Positions 11,000 to 18,940 of a stretch of 64,000 nucleotides of DNA are shown here, piece after piece. Source of the stretch: an uncultured Lentisphaerales bacterium (GTDB lineage: Bacteria; Verrucomicrobiota; Lentisphaeria; JABSQK01; UBA12247); NCBI GenBank assembly GCA_943788985.1, contig CALSSJ010000031.1, positions 73,261-137,260 on the forward strand, read 5' to 3'. Made by a program: the position numbers and the translations under genes. The first letter of the stretch is position 1. Each line of letters starts with the position of its first letter. The notes beneath the pieces were generated by a model. It was given only the letters and a program-made list of their open reading frames with translations, ran no database searches and was not told the origin of the DNA.

Positions 11000-11198
11000 G
11001 CCCAGAGGGGCGACACATGTCCTGCCGGTGGCGTGAGCCCCCGGATCACCCTCCTCACCCTTGAGCCCGGCGGGCGACACCGGCATATGGGGAGGGGGGA
11101 ACGTTGTGCCGGCCACCGGCCTTTCTGCCCGCCGAGGTCTGCGGGGCGCCGCCCTGCGATGCCTTGCATCCTCGCGCTGCGGACTTCGCACCGGCAGG
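11000..11198. repeat. Degenerate GC-rich REP/BIME-like palindromic element
   Basis: gggcgacac occurs twice; cctgccggtg (11021-11030) is inverted with caccggcagg (11189-11198); contains ccggtggcgtgagcccccgg. Confidence 0.5.
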
Positions 11199-11208
11199 TG
11201 CTCCGACT

Positions 11209-11240
11209 GATGCAAATTGCCTGTCCCCACGCCGAAGGCC
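11209..11240 (-). repeat. Repeat family A (32 bp, consensus GGCCTTCRGCTWGGGGACAGGGGATTTGCATC), reverse copy
   Basis: gatgcaaattgcctgtccccacgccgaaggcc is the reverse complement of the 14601 copy with 3 mismatches. Confidence 0.85.
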
Positions 11241-11968
11241 TATGGTGAGTCGTTACCACCGCCAACCGCCAACCGCCAAGCAAACGGTGATTGAATCAGT
11301 TGAGTGCCCCTTGATGGCACACTGAAGAGACAACAATCAAGTGCTGGCAAATCAGGGCCGAGAGCGTCTGCATCCCTGCCAGGCTGTCAACCTGCTCTAC
11401 ACTTGGCAGGGCGGGAGCTGTAAGCGCAATGAGGATCGCCTCTCGCCACTAAGTTAAGGGCTACTGGTGTTTTGCTGCGCGAGATGTGTTGGTTGAGGGT
11501 GAGTGATCGGCGGGAGTTGTCAGCGGTGGAAGTTGCGCTCGCGGGGGCGACTGCAAGGCACGCATTACAAGCCCAAACCGCTGGAGGGCCTCGAAATCTA
11601 CGGTCAAGACGTTGCGTCGACCGGGAGACGGCCAAGAAGCGCATCGCTGCGTGGACGCATGACTTGGTAGCGCGATGATTGGTCTCTTCCGCAAGGCCGA
11701 ACCTCCTAGCTGGCGGCACCTCTGGCAAGCGCCATTGGATGCAATACAACGCGCTATATGTCCCGGAAAAATCACAACATGAAGCATTGAGTCGGGCCTG
11801 ATGGTGGCGATGAAGTAGTGTCTTGCGGTAGCTGACCACCTGCTCCTGTTACACCTCTGAGTTGTTTAAAACACCAATAGGCTACTTGCTTCCCCCCGTC
11901 ACTGCGCTACCTTTGAAAAAGTTTGAATAGTAGTTCCTCCTCGATGAAATTAAATAGAGATTGGACCA

Positions 11969-12427
11969 ATGGTCAAAACAGCCCGCCAACTTTTTTTCCC
12001 ACTGATTCTGACGATCATTTTGCCGTTGATGCCTGGGTGCGCGACCCGCTCGAAGAACATCTCCGCATCTTATGTTTCCCCAATAGAGTATTCTCATCTT
12101 GATTGCGACCAGATACGACGCGAGTTGGTTCGTGTTAACCGCCGACTCACAGATATTTCCGGAAAGCAGAACAAGGAGGCAACGAAAGACGCGGTTGCGC
12201 TCGGCGTGGGGCTTGTTGTTTTCTGGCCTGCTCTGTTTTTCATGATGAGTTCCGGAGAGAAGGAGGAAATTGCTCGTCTTAAAGGGAAATACGAGGCACT
12301 GGAAACTATCGCCATCGAAAAGAGATGCGGATTTTCCGACGAGCTAATCGAAGCTCAACAGCAGCGTTCTGAAATGAAACGGAAAAGTTTAGATAAGAAG
12401 ACACCAGCAGGGACTGAAGGTAACTAG
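11969..12427 (+). CDS. Hypothetical lipoprotein
   Basis: Signal peptide with lipobox-like LMPGC; ASYVSPIEY..LDCDQI; internal hydrophobic segment VGLVVFWPALFF. Confidence 0.75.
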   Translation: MVKTARQLFFPLILTIILPLMPGCATRSKNISASYVSPIEYSHLDCDQIRRELVRVNRRLTDISGKQNKEATKDAVALGVGLVVFWPALFFMMSSGEKEEIARLKGKYEALETIAIEKRCGFSDELIEAQQQRSEMKRKSLDKKTPAGTEGN

Positions 12428-12748
12428 ATTAAGATCGTCGTGGGGAGGGCGTCGTGGGGAGGGCGTCGCGGAAGTCCTCACTGCCTTACGGGAGCAACAC
12501 GCAGACGCCGGCCCGTTCAGGCAGGGCGTCAGGAACCGTCATCGGGTCTAAGAAAATCAGGAGTGAACAATGTGATGTTCATTCCTCGGACTAAACACCC
12601 AGGATCCGAGGATCTGCGCTTGCACTCTACGATACTTACTGAAGGTTAACAGCGAAAGAACGGGCACAATTATTAAGCGACGGGAAATTTCTGTTTTTCC
12701 TCGACTCGCTTGAGAACAACCAGCAACGAAGAAAATAGTGGTATTCGA

Positions 12749-13270
12749 ATGAAGAGGGTCGATCAACGTGTTGCCTGCATTTTCTTTGGGCTTGCAGTAT
12801 TGCTCCCTGCCCAATATGCCGCCGAGTCGCCCAAGCCGGACTTGGCCGTTATTGAATTTGGTGAGAAAACGCTAAAGCTAAACAAACATGAGATCAAGTA
12901 TCCCTTCGCAATGGACGAAATTATTGCGGCAATCGGCAAGCCCGACCGTTCAGCGTCGGTAGCCAACGTCGTTCATACATGGGATCAATATGGGATAGTT
13001 GCTTTTCAAAAAGCACCCGGGGAGCCGATTCACGCATTGCAGATTATATACTGTAATGATACCCCCCAATTCGCCCCAGAAAAACTGTTCACCGGTACTG
13101 TATTGATCAAGGATACGCAGTTCACTCCCTCCTCGGATCGACGCGACCTTTTGCGTGCCGGATTCGCTCAGGATAGGCTCCTGACAGATTACTATACGGC
13201 AAAAATAGATGGCGTGTCACTAGTCGCAAAATACAAGCGTATAATGTACAATCTTGAGATTTCCCGTTAG
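12749..13270 (+). CDS. Hypothetical exported protein
   Basis: MKRVDQRVACIFFGLAVLLPAQYAA signal-like N-terminus and protein-like composition. Confidence 0.65.
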   Translation: MKRVDQRVACIFFGLAVLLPAQYAAESPKPDLAVIEFGEKTLKLNKHEIKYPFAMDEIIAAIGKPDRSASVANVVHTWDQYGIVAFQKAPGEPIHALQIIYCNDTPQFAPEKLFTGTVLIKDTQFTPSSDRRDLLRAGFAQDRLLTDYYTAKIDGVSLVAKYKRIMYNLEISR

Positions 13271-13425
13271 GCTCCAATTCATTCCAAGCCGCCTGCTCTT
13301 CACGAGATTCAGGACTGTCCGGACCCGCTAAGCGTGCAGGGGATGGGGCAACGCTAGCCCGCACTCAGGTAATGCCGAATGGTGCTTCCCTGCTCGCGTT
13401 AATCCGAAAAACAAGTAGCACCAAG

Positions 13426-13875
13426 ATGAAATGGACGCCAATACACGCCATTGGAACCGGAGCGGTCTTGCTTCTTTTCTCATGCGCACACTCGACGCCC
13501 TCTACGCGTGCTTCAATCGAGGCATCCGCACCGGCGCGGGCAAGGGCGGCCGCAGGAGGGCCTGCGGTCATCTTCCGGGGCGAAGCTAGCATGCCTCGCT
13601 CAATGATAGATCGCGGCAAGTACTATCTACTGCGGGTGACCAGGACCGGAAGTGTCTATGAAACGCTACACAAGCGAGTTGGCCCGGGATACGTGGGCTA
13701 CACAAAGTGTGAGATCGACTACAGCCGCCAGGTGATGCGAACGATCGGATACAGCGAAGTATCTGGTCTTGAGATTGGCTATTCGCCTTCCCAGTGGTTT
13801 GATTTGGTGCCGGGGTCGAGCAAGTCCGATATGTACAATTACGTCCTCGAGAATGTCCTGCCGGCATATGACTAG
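13426..13875 (+). CDS. Hypothetical lipoprotein
   Basis: MKWTPIHAIGTGAVLLLFSC lipobox-like start; aromatic-rich globular C-terminus. Confidence 0.65.
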   Translation: MKWTPIHAIGTGAVLLLFSCAHSTPSTRASIEASAPARARAAAGGPAVIFRGEASMPRSMIDRGKYYLLRVTRTGSVYETLHKRVGPGYVGYTKCEIDYSRQVMRTIGYSEVSGLEIGYSPSQWFDLVPGSSKSDMYNYVLENVLPAYD

Positions 13876-13968
13876 CTTAGCTGGGCAGCGTGGGAGCGAA
13901 CGAGGCAGAATCAGGACTCGGTTGTGGTCAGCGGTTATTGATCTGAAGAACTGAAGGAGGAGAACAGA

Positions 13969-14382
13969 ATGTTTGGTTTGGGTGGATGTAACCGAGCGGG
14001 GAGAACGAAACTGCCTTTGCTTATGGTCAGTGTGTTCTTTGTTTCAGGTTGCTCGACAACCCAAGAAGAGTTGGTCCGAGGCGAGTTGGCTGAGACTTGG
14101 CAAATATCTGCACCAATGGAGGATGTTTTTCGACGATACAAGAACTACGCGGGAGAGCATTTTAGCGGAGGCGACTTCCCGTTTGGTGGAGGCTACCGCG
14201 CAACGGGACATTTCTACGGGTCGCGAGCTGAGCTGTCCGTCAAGGTGGACGGGACTATCTCCGCCGGAACCACATACCTGCATTTCGAGCTTCAAGAACG
14301 GAGTGGAGGTACTCAAGTTCGGTGTTGGTGGTATAACCGGTTCTGGAAGAAGAATGTGGAGAAGTTTCGGAAGCTATTCTGA
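13969..14382 (+). CDS. Hypothetical lipoprotein
   Basis: Strong RBS (AAGGAGG) before the ATG; lipobox-like FFVSGC. Confidence 0.7.
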   Translation: MFGLGGCNRAGRTKLPLLMVSVFFVSGCSTTQEELVRGELAETWQISAPMEDVFRRYKNYAGEHFSGGDFPFGGGYRATGHFYGSRAELSVKVDGTISAGTTYLHFELQERSGGTQVRCWWYNRFWKKNVEKFRKLF

Positions 14383-14525
14383 GGCACTCGTTATACGGCG
14401 GCACTCCAGTAATGACGTCGTCGGTGGAAGGCGGCTTTCGGCGTGAGCACACTGTATTTTCATCCCAGAGAAGAACACTGAACACGGTGCGTCGATGGGA
14501 GCTCTAGCCAGTCTGGGACAGAAGA

Positions 14526-14664
14526 GGCCTTCAGCTAAGAGACAGGGGATTTGCATCACATTGCGCTTGACCGGAGGGCGCTACAGAGGCAGAACGTAGG
14601 GGCCTTCGGCTTGGGGACAGGGGATTTGCATCACATAGCGCTTGACCCGAGGGCGCTACAGAGG
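14526..14664 (+). repeat. Two tandem 64-bp units (period 75 bp), each repeat A plus a GTAG-type hairpin
   Basis: 14526..14589 and 14601..14664 are near identical. The minus strand of the distal half of copy 2 reads GTAGCGCCCTCGGGTCAAGCGCTA. Confidence 0.9.
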
Positions 14665-14702
14665 TAGCTTGCATCAAATAGTCTTTCATTGAGAGGTTCC
14701 CT

Positions 14703-15677
14703 ATGCGAACAGCAAGGCTTCGGCCCAACCGGAAGGAAGGCAGCTACCTTCATCTCTATCAACGAGCCTGTGGATTTCGCTCGGATCGAATTTTCGGAGA
14801 TGTCGAGCGCCAGTTCATGCTCAATCTCATTGGCAAAGTTTCGGCGTTGTATACCCTCGAAATCATTGCTGTGACGGCAATGTCTAACCACGTGCATATC
14901 GTTGCCTTCGTGCCGGGGGAGCCGCCGACACCGGAAGAGACTTGCCGACGTTACAACGCATTCTATGCTGGCATGAAGCCGGAATTGATTGTCAACTCGC
15001 CTGACTTGGCGCGCATTCAGAAGCGTCTGGGGGACTTCAGCGTATTCATGGGGCATTGGCAACAGAGCTTCACCTGCTGGTTTAATCGCACGCGCAAGGA
15101 ACAGCGGAGGGGGCGTCTGTGGGGGGACCGATTCAAGCACACAATCCTGGAGGGTCGTGAGGCGCTTTGGACTTGCGTGCAGTATGTGGAGATGAATCCT
15201 GTCCGTGCTGGGATCTGCGAGCAGCCGGATGACTACCGGTTCTGCAGTTGGGGGATTCGCTGCGGGAGCGGCAAGCATCCCTATGCCAGGAACTTCCTCC
15301 ACCACTTACGCCGGTCGCTGGGAGATCGGGCAGGCGATTGGGCCATGCCAGATCTCGAGGCAGAATTTCGCTCGGATTTGGCTAGGAAGTTGACTGCAGA
15401 GCTTGGAGCAAGCGGCGAGGAGATTGCAGCTGCCAGTGACCTAGCACGCGCGAAGGTTCCTGTGACGCTGCAGCTTACCCGTCGGGCCCGCTATTGGACC
15501 GATGGGGCCGTGATCGGCTCAAAGCAATTTGTGATGGAAATCACAGCTGAGGCACTTGGCACGGAGCGGGCGAAGAAGCGACGATACGGGCGCGGCTTGA
15601 TTGCCGACGGCACTGCCCTCTTCAGTATGCGCCAACTTCGAACGGTGGCTCCCTGCTCCGATCAAGATCTCGTCTGA
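14703..15677 (+). mobile_element. REP-associated tyrosine transposase (RAYT, IS200/Y1 HUH family)
   Basis: HUH motif MSNHVHIV, GRLWGDRFK, catalytic-Tyr motif YVEMNPVRAGI, DYRFCSW; flanked on both sides by repeat A. Confidence 0.9.
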
Positions 15678-16027
15678 ACATCGTTCTATTCAAGGCTGCC
15701 ATGCTTGGGCGCAAAGCCGCTACCTGCAGATCACATTGTCTCGAGCGAAAAGCCTTCGGCGGAAGCCCCGCTGCTCGCATAGAGCCCTCTCATCGAAGCA
15801 CAATCTGAACCAAGCTACGCCTGAACCGCCGTCTGGTGGAAGCTAATATGCGTTGAAATCGCTGCCCGTTACCGATCCTCGGTCAGTGACTCGCATTGCT
15901 CAAGCGAAGCTGGTTTTCGCGGATTCGGCCAGATCAGCAGGCCTTCGTAGGCCTTATTACTTGATTCGCCGCCCCGGGCCTTGGTAACCATCGATTCCCA
16001 AGAATCAGATCCTTGTCTTGCGTTTTC

Positions 16028-16206
16028 GATGCAAATCTCCTTCCCAAGGCCTTCAGCTTGGGGACAGGGGATTTGCATCACCGCACCAGCCCTGCATCTC
16101 GACAGGTAGGAGGCCTTCGGCTAAGGGAGGTAGCGTTTTCGATGCAAATCCCCTGTCCCCAAACCGAAGGCGGCGAAGGCGGCTCCTTTGTCCCCAAGCC
16201 GAAGGC
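16028..16206. repeat. Cluster of repeat A copies in alternating orientation (REPIN/BIME-like)
   Basis: Reverse partial 16028-16050, forward 16048-16079, forward partial 16112-16127, reverse 16141-16171, reverse partial 16189-16206. Confidence 0.9.
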
Positions 16207-16281
16207 GGCTCCTCCCGTTTATTGATTCTCGGATAAATTGATGAGAACTTGGCCGTCCGCAGAACTAGGCCATGATCTGCC

Positions 16282-16452
16282 CTATGGCTGCAGCGTCTTC
16301 TTACGCTTGCTTGGGACTGGGATGATCCGCTCGCCGGATGCAGCTTGAACACTACGTAAATCTTCGACGATGGCCTCTAGGTTATAATTAAACTTAGCCG
16401 CATGTTCTTGACGGTTCTTGCGAAGCTCAGCGATAATGTGGTCATCAGTCAT
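16282..16452 (-). CDS. Small protein coupled to the PIN gene (putative antitoxin/partner)
   Basis: MTDDHIIAELRKNRQEHAAKFNYNLEAIVEDL; ATGA overlap with the PIN gene's stop. Confidence 0.75.
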   Translation of the reverse strand: MTDDHIIAELRKNRQEHAAKFNYNLEAIVEDLRSVQAASGERIIPVPSKRKKTLQP

Positions 16453-16928
16453 GAAGATTCGCCTCCTAGCAGTTGTTCCGGTGTGCAGATAATAGGGCAT
16501 GAGTAGCCCGCTTTGTCAACAGTGCGAATGACGTGTGGGCGGATATGGGCATTGGCGATGTGCTTGCAGTTCCACGTTAGCAAAAAGTCCATGCAATGGA
16601 CCGCCGCGATGGCGATATGCAGAGCATCTTCTGCATACTCCACTGGGATTGCATGCGCGCTCACAAATTCGTCAGCAAGGGTTTCAATGGACTTGTCGAT
16701 GTCTAAGCGGGGAACGCCAGCGATTGCGGCCATGCGTTCTGCTGCGGCGTTTCTGTCACCTCGCGACGCCTCGAGTTCGACGAGCCTCGAGACATAGAGA
16801 TCGTATTGCAGCCGCGTCTGCCACCAGTCCTGGGTCAGCTGCTGACGAGCTGCTGCGACAACGTCGCGACTAGGTCTGGCAGCGTGATAGCTGATGACAC
16901 TGGTTTCGAGATAGACTCTTGATTTCAT
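16449..16928 (-). CDS. PIN-domain (VapC-like) ribonuclease
   Basis: VYLETSVISY, VELEAS, EDALHIAIA, LLTWNCKHI, ICTPEQL. Confidence 0.9.
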   Translation of the reverse strand: MKSRVYLETSVISYHAARPSRDVVAAARQQLTQDWWQTRLQYDLYVSRLVELEASRGDRNAAAERMAAIAGVPRLDIDKSIETLADEFVSAHAIPVEYAEDALHIAIAAVHCMDFLLTWNCKHIANAHIRPHVIRTVDKAGYSCPIICTPEQLLGGESS

Positions 16929-17074
16929 CCCCGAAATATGGATCTCGAATAGGCTCTTGGCTACTGTAGGATTCGGTATTCTGCGGGATAGCAATCATGT
17001 CGGCGACCCGCCGGCGCTCCCAGTCGGAAGGCAGCGATGATAGTGATCAAGACCTTGAACAAGGAGGCCTTCAA

Positions 17075-17106
17075 GGCCTTCAACTAAGGGACAGGGGATT
17101 TTGATC
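17075..17106 (+). repeat. Repeat family A, degenerate forward copy
   Basis: ggccttcaactaagggacaggggattttgatc, directly abutting the duplicated gene tail. Confidence 0.8.
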
Positions 17107-17201
17107 CCATGGACGGCCTCATCGTCGTCGACCTCGAGCAGACCGAGCCACGCCAGCTCCGCCGCCTCTTCGGCAAGACCTGGTCTCTCCCCAGAAAATG
17201 A
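17107..17201 (+). repeat. 79-bp direct repeat, copy 2, extended to its own stop (orphan 3' end of the acyltransferase-GNAT gene)
   Basis: Encodes MDGLIVVDLEQTEPRQLRRLFGKTWSLPRK* versus ...KTWSLT* in the intact gene. Confidence 0.95.
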
Positions 17202-17224
17202 CTGGGAGCGCTGAGAAAAAAGCT

Positions 17225-17776
17225 CTACACAGAGAGCTCACAGAGGACACAGAGCCGAGCACATAGATTCAAACAGACATCTTCTCCTCTTTTCTCTGTG
17301 ACCTCGGTGCTATCTGTGGTAAAAAATCCTCCCCCTCTCCCCCTGTCCCTCCTGCGTCTTATTCCTGAGATCCGCAGATTCCGGCATCCAGCCGTCCAAG
17401 CCGTCAGGGCCACCAGCGAGTCCGGACGTGGAATCGCACAGTAGCCGAGGATTCCGAACGCCCCAACGAGGAGCACGAGCCCCACGATCGCCGTCTCACG
17501 AATGCCGTGCAGCCAAACGATCGTGCCCCCGTCGTATGGCCGGACCGTATGAAATGGTTTTCCAGCTGCCTCTGCGCTCCGCCATCCATAGAGCTGGGAG
17601 GACAAGCTAAAGACGGGAAAATTCTCAGCAATCCGGTCCCAGCCCTTCTCCCGGCCGGGTGAGCTGCAGATTTCGAAGTAGTCAGAGTTCACGCGCCCGC
17701 AAAATGCCGTAAGGACGAGCCCCAACAAGATCCCGATAACCGCTACCACCACTAGCCAGCTACGATTCCTACTCAT
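17225..17776 (-). CDS. Hypothetical membrane protein (C-terminus reads through repeat B)
   Basis: GGAGGGGGG RBS and two hydrophobic helices; the last ~35 aa are translated repeat sequence. Confidence 0.6.
   Translation of the reverse strand: MSRNRSWLVVVAVIGILLGLVLTAFCGRVNSDYFEICSSPGREKGWDRIAENFPVFSLSSQLYGWRSAEAAGKPFHTVRPYDGGTIVWLHGIRETAIVGLVLLVGAFGILGYCAIPRPDSLVALTAWTAGCRNLRISGIRRRRDRGRGGGFFTTDSTEVTEKRGEDVCLNLCARLCVLCELSV
17228..17318. repeat. Repeat family B long hairpin, copy 1
   Basis: Arms cacagagagctcacagaggacacagag and ctctgtgacctcggtgctatctgtg. Confidence 0.85.
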
Positions 17777-17861
17777 ACTCGCCCCCCTCCATTGCCATCA
17801 TCCGTCCCGGTGAGTGCCTGACTACGATCATTTCTCATGGCGCCGGGAAGAATCTTCTACG

Positions 17862-17950
17862 ACAGAGAGCTCACAGAGGACACAGAGCCAAACAACTCCA
17901 AGTGTGAGACATTTCTTCTCTTTTCTCTGTGTCCTCGGTGAGCTCTCTGT
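17862..17950. repeat. Repeat family B long hairpin, copy 2
   Basis: 26-bp arms acagagagctcacagaggacacagag and ctctgtgtcctcggtgagctctctgt, one mismatch. Confidence 0.9.
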
Positions 17951-17958
17951 AAAATCCG

Positions 17959-18930
17959 TTAGCCCCAGTCAATCACTGGAAGCTGCGCGACGAAGATAGC
18001 CGCGAGGATCACGAACAAGCACAGTCCCAGCCCCAAGGAATAGACCACACCAAGGGCGTCGGCCCGATGCGCCTTGCTGCGCAGCAAGGCGCCGTCGTGG
18101 CACCCTCTATATACCATCAGCCTCCTCGTGATCGTGCCCGGACCGACAAAGGTCGTCACCACCAAGATTCCGAGTGGTATCAGTTCAACTCGACCAAAGA
18201 GATCGATTTTTTGCTGCACAAGTATCGCCAGCAGCGCTGCGACTCCCAGTCCCCAGAGTGCGGCAGCAATCGCAAAATTCCGGCCGTTCCTGTCCGCCTC
18301 TTTCAGCGATATCGGCGTCACCGGCTTGCGTGCCACATTGTCCTCAAGCGAGGCCCGCAGCGTGCTGTCATACAGATCTGCGGGGACGCAGATGATCAGT
18401 TCAGAGAGCCAATTTCTACCGTCAAGGGTGGGACGTCGACTCCCGGCGCGACCTTCCCTGCATTGCTCTGCATCAATTTTCGCCCATTCCCGCAATTGAA
18501 AACACAGGTCGCGTGCACCAGCGGGATCCGCCGAATTAGCCTCTACCTGAAAGCCAGCAAAAGCCGCCCACGGATAGAACCTATCTGGTTCGTCAAGCAT
18601 TGGCAGCAGCAGTCCCTCTGTCGTAACCTTACCGGCCTCGCCACGCGGCCAAAACGGCAAGCTGCCCAGCATCCAAGTAAGCCATTGCGCACACACCCCC
18701 ATCAGAACAACTCCCCCCAGTGTTCCCCAAAACCGTTGTGACAGTGCCTCCACACCGACGCGGTCCCAGAACCAGCTGAAGCCCCAGAACAACAGGGCAG
18801 CGATGCTGATCAGCCTCAGCGAACCCCAGACATTGGCGCGAAACAGCTCTCGCATTTTCTCCCTGTAGACGGCCCGGGGCACCTGCCACTCGGCCAGCAC
18901 CTCCATATCGCCTGTCCTCTTGTCCGTCAT
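17959..18930 (-). CDS. Hypothetical multi-pass membrane protein
   Basis: 323-aa ORF with about five hydrophobic segments, 10 bp downstream of the sulfatase. Confidence 0.7.
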   Translation of the reverse strand: MTDKRTGDMEVLAEWQVPRAVYREKMRELFRANVWGSLRLISIAALLFWGFSWFWDRVGVEALSQRFWGTLGGVVLMGVCAQWLTWMLGSLPFWPRGEAGKVTTEGLLLPMLDEPDRFYPWAAFAGFQVEANSADPAGARDLCFQLREWAKIDAEQCREGRAGSRRPTLDGRNWLSELIICVPADLYDSTLRASLEDNVARKPVTPISLKEADRNGRNFAIAAALWGLGVAALLAILVQQKIDLFGRVELIPLGILVVTTFVGPGTITRRLMVYRGCHDGALLRSKAHRADALGVVYSLGLGLCLFVILAAIFVAQLPVIDWG

Positions 18931-18940
18931 GCGACCAGAA

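Noticed and set aside
11258..11279. accgcca x3 heptamer repeat
   Set aside because: Too short to support a functional call.
10782..11839. ORFs in the 1.2-kb gap after the acyltransferase-GNAT gene
   Set aside because: Arg/Pro/Ala-rich translations of repeat and non-coding DNA with no recognisable motif.
12436..12467. Tandem cgtcgtggggaggg duplication
   Set aside because: Two short copies only; simple slippage suffices.
11969..14400. Integron cassette array
   Set aside because: Only isolated GTTAGGC (near 13266) and GTTATAC heptamers; no paired R''/R' boxes with a palindromic attC body and no intI. Not formally excluded without a covariance search.
14526..14664. CRISPR array (32-bp repeats at 75-bp period)
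   Set aside because: Only two units, the would-be spacers are nearly identical, other copies are scattered in both orientations, and there are no cas genes.
10660..17185. Diversity-generating retroelement TR/VR pair
   Set aside because: The differences are synonymous and not adenine-specific, and there is no reverse transcriptase in the window.
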